From Candidatus Hydrogenedentota bacterium (GTDB lineage: Bacteria > Hydrogenedentota > Hydrogenedentia > Hydrogenedentales > JAEUWI01), in contig JAXMOL010000004.1 in assembly GCA_034669905.1 (NCBI GenBank), positions 96,001 to 160,000 of the forward strand: 64,000 nt of DNA, given 5' to 3'. How positions within the stretch are numbered: position 1 is the first letter of the stretch; each line of letters starts with the position of its first letter. The notes beneath the pieces were generated by a model. That model saw only the letters and a program-made list of their open reading frames with translations, did no database searches and was not told the origin of the DNA. The position numbers and the translations under genes are program-made. Below are positions 59,572-64,000 of this stretch, one piece after another.

Positions 59572-60777
59572 TTGGACCAGAATTTACGTATCATATTGCA
59601 ACAAATCGAAGCGGACAAGAGCATCGATCGGGAAACCCTGATCGAGGCGATTCGCAGTGCTATTGAGAGCGCTGCGCGAAAAGACGCCGGTAATGCGAGC
59701 AACATCACGGTTGAGGTGGATCCCGACACCCTGGCCTTCAAGGTATTCGAAATACGCACCGTGATGGAAGAAGTGGAAGATGCCACGACGGAAATAGCGC
59801 TGAAAGAAGCCCTGGAATTGAATGCGGCGGCGACGGTGGGAAACCGGCTTAAGATCCAGACCCACCCGAAAGATTTCGGCCGCATCGCCGCGCAGACCGC
59901 CAAACAGGTCATCATTCAGAAAATCAAGGATGCCGAGCGCGACAATATTTTCGATGAGTTCAAGCAGCGCGAAGGCGAGTTAATTACCGGTACGGTAAAA
60001 CGCATCAGCCATGGGAACATCATTGTATCCATCGGCAAGGCCGAAGCGCTGATTCCCTACCGCGAGCAGTCACCCCGGGAAACCTATCGTCCAGGCGATC
60101 GTATTCGCGCGATTCTGGTCGAAGTGGAGAAGTCTTCCAAGGGTGCGCAAGTGATACTTTCCCGCACGTCACCGGAGTTGGTACTCAGTCTGTTTGAGCT
60201 GGAAGTACCCGAACTCTATGATGAGACCATTGAAATCAAGGCGATCGCCCGTGAAGCGGGTAGTCGCACCAAGGTTGCGGTACGTTCCAATGATGTAAAC
60301 GTTGATCCCGTCGGGGCATGCGTAGGCATGAAAGGCGCCCGCGTGCGCGCTGTAGTGGAGGAATTGTCGGGCGAGAAGATTGATATTGTGCGGTGGAGTG
60401 ATCAGGCCTCGGAACTTTGTGCCAACGCCCTGAACCCAGCGGACATCCTTCAAATTCTGATTGATGAAGAGCAAGGAAACATCCAAGTCGTAGTGCCACA
60501 GGATCAACTCTCCTTGGCTATTGGAAAACGTGGACAAAACGCCCGCCTTGCCTCTAAACTAATTGGTTGGAACATCGACATCCAAGGTGAAGCCACCGAA
60601 CGCGATGCCGAAGTGGACGCGCTGTTTGATGATGGCGACGAAGCGGAAGCATCCGCGCCGGCGGAGACGGTTGACCCAGCTCCCGACGCGCCTTCGGAGC
60701 CCCCTGTTGAAGAAGTTGCTACGGAGTCTCCCGAAGGAGAAGACACCGCGGCAGAACGTAATGACGCTGCGGAATAG
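59572..60777 (+). CDS. nusA: Transcription termination factor NusA
   Basis: FGRIAAQTAKQVI, AREAGSRTKVAV, GACVGMKG, AIGKRGQNARLA; TTG start; acidic tail. Confidence 0.97.
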   Translation: MDQNLRIILQQIEADKSIDRETLIEAIRSAIESAARKDAGNASNITVEVDPDTLAFKVFEIRTVMEEVEDATTEIALKEALELNAAATVGNRLKIQTHPKDFGRIAAQTAKQVIIQKIKDAERDNIFDEFKQREGELITGTVKRISHGNIIVSIGKAEALIPYREQSPRETYRPGDRIRAILVEVEKSSKGAQVILSRTSPELVLSLFELEVPELYDETIEIKAIAREAGSRTKVAVRSNDVNVDPVGACVGMKGARVRAVVEELSGEKIDIVRWSDQASELCANALNPADILQILIDEEQGNIQVVVPQDQLSLAIGKRGQNARLASKLIGWNIDIQGEATERDAEVDALFDDGDEAEASAPAETVDPAPDAPSEPPVEEVATESPEGEDTAAERNDAAE

Positions 60778-60876
60778 CCCGTGTGTGCGCCCGGTGTGAA
60801 CTTAATACTTAGATGGTCCGTCACCATGAGTTGACGACATCTCGATACGATATATTATCTCGGAGGACAAGAAATC

Positions 60877-63800
60877 ATGCAGACAGTTGCCAGCCTGGCA
60901 AAACGTCTAGATATGACTGCGGAGGAAGCCGTTGCGACCCTGTGCAAGCTGGGTTTTGACGTCGAAGGCGTCGAAACGGACATCGATGACGACCAATGTG
61001 ATCTACTCATCGACGTAGACGAAGATCCATCCGCACTTGACGCCTATCTCCAAGAGCGAAAAAAAGAAGAAGAAGCCCGACGCAAGAAAGCGGAGCGGCT
61101 TCAGAAGGCGGCAAAGAAAGCCGCAGCGAAGAAAGCAGCGGCCGCGAAGAAAAAGGCGGCAACCGCCGAGGTCGTGGCGGAAACTCCTCCCGAGGAGGAA
61201 GCTGAAAAAGCGGAAGCAACCCCCCCCGAGGTGATATCGGAGGTCATCGTGGTTGAAACGGAGCCACCGGCTCCTGAACCAACGACGGTGGAAACCGAGA
61301 AAGAAGCCCCCGTAGTGGCACCTGTCGTAGAGGAAGCACCGGTCATCGAAGAGAAGCCGGAAGTGGTCCCTGAAGAAAAGCCCGTACCCGCCGAGCCGGA
61401 AGTCGCTCCGGAAGTTCCTGAACCGGAAGTAGCCGCCGAGGCGGCGACGCCCGAAGTTGCTGCACCCGAAGCCGTACCTGCCGAGAAGACACCGGCTCCG
61501 GAGAGCGCTGAAGTGGAAGTACAAGCAACTGTCGACGAGTCCCCTGTGGCTGAAATCCTTCCGCCAGCAGATCCCGCCGCGCAAGCGGCCGACGCGGAAA
61601 AACAGCGTCGTAATGCCGATGCACCGGCCCATGAGAGCACCCTGGCAAAAGCGGAAATCCTTCATGACAAGGAAGAGGAGCAGCGTGAGGCGAAACCCGC
61701 CAAGCCGGCCCGCCCCCTTCCGACCCCTGATCCCGAAGTGGTTGCGGCGGTCATTCGCCGAGACCGCGAGAAGCGCCTGGGGCTGAATCGCCCCGGTGGT
61801 GCTCCCGGAGGTCCCCGCAATCGGGGTGCCGCAGGCGGCCCCGGCGGTGGACGTGACAATTCCAATGCCCCCGCACGGCCCGGTCGTTCGGCCCCGCCGA
61901 GTATCGAGGAAGAAGGTCGCCGCGAACAGCAGTTTCGTAACGCACCCCGCAAGCCATCGGCTATCGCGGGCAAAGCGGTACGTAAGAAGCCAAAGCGCGC
62001 GGAACGCGCCCGGGTTATTGAAAGCCATTTGCGTCGTGATGCAGCCGCAGCCGTTCGAGAATTCCAGTCGGGCGCCGGTGGTGCCGGCTCCAAGAAGCGC
62101 AAGAAAAAGCGCCAGACCGATGTCGAGCCCGTGGTGGTGGAGAAGGTAGGCGGCACGATCGAAGTCGATGAGACCATGACCGTCGAGCAGGTGGCCGATG
62201 CCATGTCGGTACCCGTAAATGATCTCATTCTGGACCTCATGGACGACAACATGATGGTCACGAAGAATCAAAGCCTGGACATTGATGTCATTCGCAAGCT
62301 CGCGGGCAAACGGCAGTTCGAAGTTCATTCGATCATTCCGGAAGAAGACGCGGTCTTGGCAGAAGAACCGGATGATCCTGCCGATCTCAAGCTCCGTGCC
62401 CCCGTCGTCACGATCATGGGTCACGTGGACCATGGTAAGACCTCCCTTCTGGACGTAGTCCGCAAGGCCAACGTTGTGGATGGCGAAGCTGGCGGTATCA
62501 CGCAGCACATCGCCGCCTATGACGTCGAGTTGGCCGGTGGCCGCATCGTGTTCCTGGATACCCCGGGTCACGAGGCCTTCACACAGATGCGTTCTCGTGG
62601 TGCCAGCGTAACCGACGTGGTCGTACTCGTTGTCGCCGCCGACGATGGGGTGAAGCCCCAGACGATTGAGGCAATCGATCACGCCAAAGCGGCGGAAGTA
62701 CCCATCGTCGTGGCTATCAACAAGTGCGATAAGCCCGATGCACAGCCTGACAAAGTACGTGCCGAACTGGCGAATTATGGCCTTCAAGACGATCAATGGG
62801 GTGGCGACGTCACCATGAAGAACGTCTCCGCCCACAGTGGTGAAGGCATTAATGAACTGATGGAGCTCCTGGTTCTGGAGTCCGAAATGCTGGAGTTGAA
62901 GGCCAATCCGGACAAGAAGGGCCGCGGCGCGATTGTTGAAGCCGAACTCTCTCTTGGACACGGTCCTGTGGCGTGGGTATTGGTTCAGTCCGGTACCTTA
63001 CGTGTGGGTGACGTCTTCCTTTCCGGTGAGACCTATGGTCGCGTTCGGACCATGACCAATTCCAAGGGCCGTCAGGTCAAGGAAGCGGATCCCTCGACGC
63101 CGGTTCTCGTAACGGGCTTCAGCGCGGTACCCGAGGCAGGCGACCAGTTCTTCGTGCTGGAAGAAGAGCGTGTTGCGCGCTCCATCGCAGACAAGCGTGC
63201 CGCCCACAAGCGACAGAAGCGCGGTGCAGCAAGCAGCAAGCACATGACCCTGGAAGATTTCCACGCCCTGATGGAAGGTGTCGAGCAGAAGACGCTCAAC
63301 ATCATCGTCAAGGCCGACGCACAGGGTTCTGCTGACGTAATCGGTTCCAGTTTCGCCAAATTGGGCAACGAGGAAGTCTCCATCAATGTGGTGCACTCGG
63401 GTGTCGGTGGCGTAAACGAGTCCGACGTATTGCTGGCCAGTGCGAGTGACGCGGTGATTATCGGATTCCACGTGACCGCCAATGCCAAGGTCAAGGCCAT
63501 GGCAGAGGAAGAAGGCGTCGACATCCGTACTTACCTCATTATCTACGAGGCCATCGACGAAGTGCAGCGCGCCCTGGAAGGCATGCTGACACCGGACAAG
63601 AAAGAAGTCATCGTTGGCCACGCAGAAATCCGCCAGGTATTCCGCTCTTCCAAGGTGGGGAACATCGCGGGTTCCATCCAGTTGGATGGTGAAACGGTAC
63701 GTGGGGCAATGGCCCGCCTTATCCGTGACGATGTCGTGGTTTACACGGGCAAAATTGCTACCGTACGCCGTGAGAAAGACGAGGTCAAATCGGTTTCTCA

Positions 63801-63903
63801 AGGCTTCGAGTGCGGTCTCAAGCTTGACCGCTTTGACGACATTCAGACCGGTGATATTATCGAAACGTACCGCGTAGAGAGTGTTGCCAAAAAACTCGCC
63901 TAG
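60877..63903 (+). CDS. infB: Translation initiation factor IF-2
   Basis: [31 protein letters not shown]; long E/P/A-rich N-terminal linker. Confidence 0.98.
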   Translation: MQTVASLAKRLDMTAEEAVATLCKLGFDVEGVETDIDDDQCDLLIDVDEDPSALDAYLQERKKEEEARRKKAERLQKAAKKAAAKKAAAAKKKAATAEVVAETPPEEEAEKAEATPPEVISEVIVVETEPPAPEPTTVETEKEAPVVAPVVEEAPVIEEKPEVVPEEKPVPAEPEVAPEVPEPEVAAEAATPEVAAPEAVPAEKTPAPESAEVEVQATVDESPVAEILPPADPAAQAADAEKQRRNADAPAHESTLAKAEILHDKEEEQREAKPAKPARPLPTPDPEVVAAVIRRDREKRLGLNRPGGAPGGPRNRGAAGGPGGGRDNSNAPARPGRSAPPSIEEEGRREQQFRNAPRKPSAIAGKAVRKKPKRAERARVIESHLRRDAAAAVREFQSGAGGAGSKKRKKKRQTDVEPVVVEKVGGTIEVDETMTVEQVADAMSVPVNDLILDLMDDNMMVTKNQSLDIDVIRKLAGKRQFEVHSIIPEEDAVLAEEPDDPADLKLRAPVVTIMGHVDHGKTSLLDVVRKANVVDGEAGGITQHIAAYDVELAGGRIVFLDTPGHEAFTQMRSRGASVTDVVVLVVAADDGVKPQTIEAIDHAKAAEVPIVVAINKCDKPDAQPDKVRAELANYGLQDDQWGGDVTMKNVSAHSGEGINELMELLVLESEMLELKANPDKKGRGAIVEAELSLGHGPVAWVLVQSGTLRVGDVFLSGETYGRVRTMTNSKGRQVKEADPSTPVLVTGFSAVPEAGDQFFVLEEERVARSIADKRAAHKRQKRGAASSKHMTLEDFHALMEGVEQKTLNIIVKADAQGSADVIGSSFAKLGNEEVSINVVHSGVGGVNESDVLLASASDAVIIGFHVTANAKVKAMAEEEGVDIRTYLIIYEAIDEVQRALEGMLTPDKKEVIVGHAEIRQVFRSSKVGNIAGSIQLDGETVRGAMARLIRDDVVVYTGKIATVRREKDEVKSVSQGFECGLKLDRFDDIQTGDIIETYRVESVAKKLA

Positions 63904-63915
63904 GTATAGGACGCT

Positions 63916-64000
63916 GTGACGATTGGCATCCTGCATATAGACTTTTTGATTGACGGCGCCCGCTCGTTGAAAGACAAGCGGCGCGTCGTCAAAAGTCTTA
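63916..64000 (+). CDS. DUF503 (YlxP) family protein, runs off the right edge
   Basis: Hand translation MTIGILHIDFLIDGARSLKDKRRVVKSL contains the SLKxKR signature; usual position after infB. Confidence 0.85.
   Translation, partial: MTIGILHIDFLIDGARSLKDKRRVVKSL

Noticed and set aside
61003..62961. 652-aa minus-strand ORF
   Set aside because: Antisense shadow of infB. The same applies to other long opposite-strand ORFs such as 2000-3262, 20274-21794 and 53006-54325.

Overview
A GC-rich (about 60% by eye), gene-dense bacterial chromosome segment with about 53 protein genes. I found no rRNA, tRNA, CRISPR array, integrase or transposase. From left to right: (1) a sugar-acid catabolic cluster (SDR, Gfo/Idh/MocA, GH88, AraC, secreted beta-helix enzyme); (2) a large HAD hydrolase and an acyl-CoA dehydrogenase; (3) a coupled methyltransferase-bshC-bshB1-bshA bacillithiol operon, followed by a GT-C-like membrane protein and a sulfatase-fold lipoprotein; (4) lysC-pyk and an hpf-hprK-GH57-ptsH-ptsI-dxr-rseP run; (5) an accessory patch between nth and polX with two ankyrin-containing immunity-like genes separated by a diverged fragment of polX; (6) crcB, then a ~0.9 kb intergenic array of paired, inverted triple-heptamer repeat modules, then a Cys/Met PLP enzyme; (7) a pentapeptide-repeat K+ channel/HDOD pair and a long MscS; (8) lon, tex, dksA-like, lgt, a metallophosphoesterase and an ECF sigma/anti-sigma trio; (9) ctpA-rph-rdgB-tsaC-rpiB-hslU (no adjacent hslV)-pgeF and rimP-nusA-infB-DUF503. 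The most unexplained signals are the repeat-module array at 36.1-36.8 kb, the polX relic between immunity cassettes, and the probable N-methyl-bacillithiol operon. All calls come from reading motifs by eye; no database searches were run. Several starts were moved from the ORF track to the codon with a plausible RBS.
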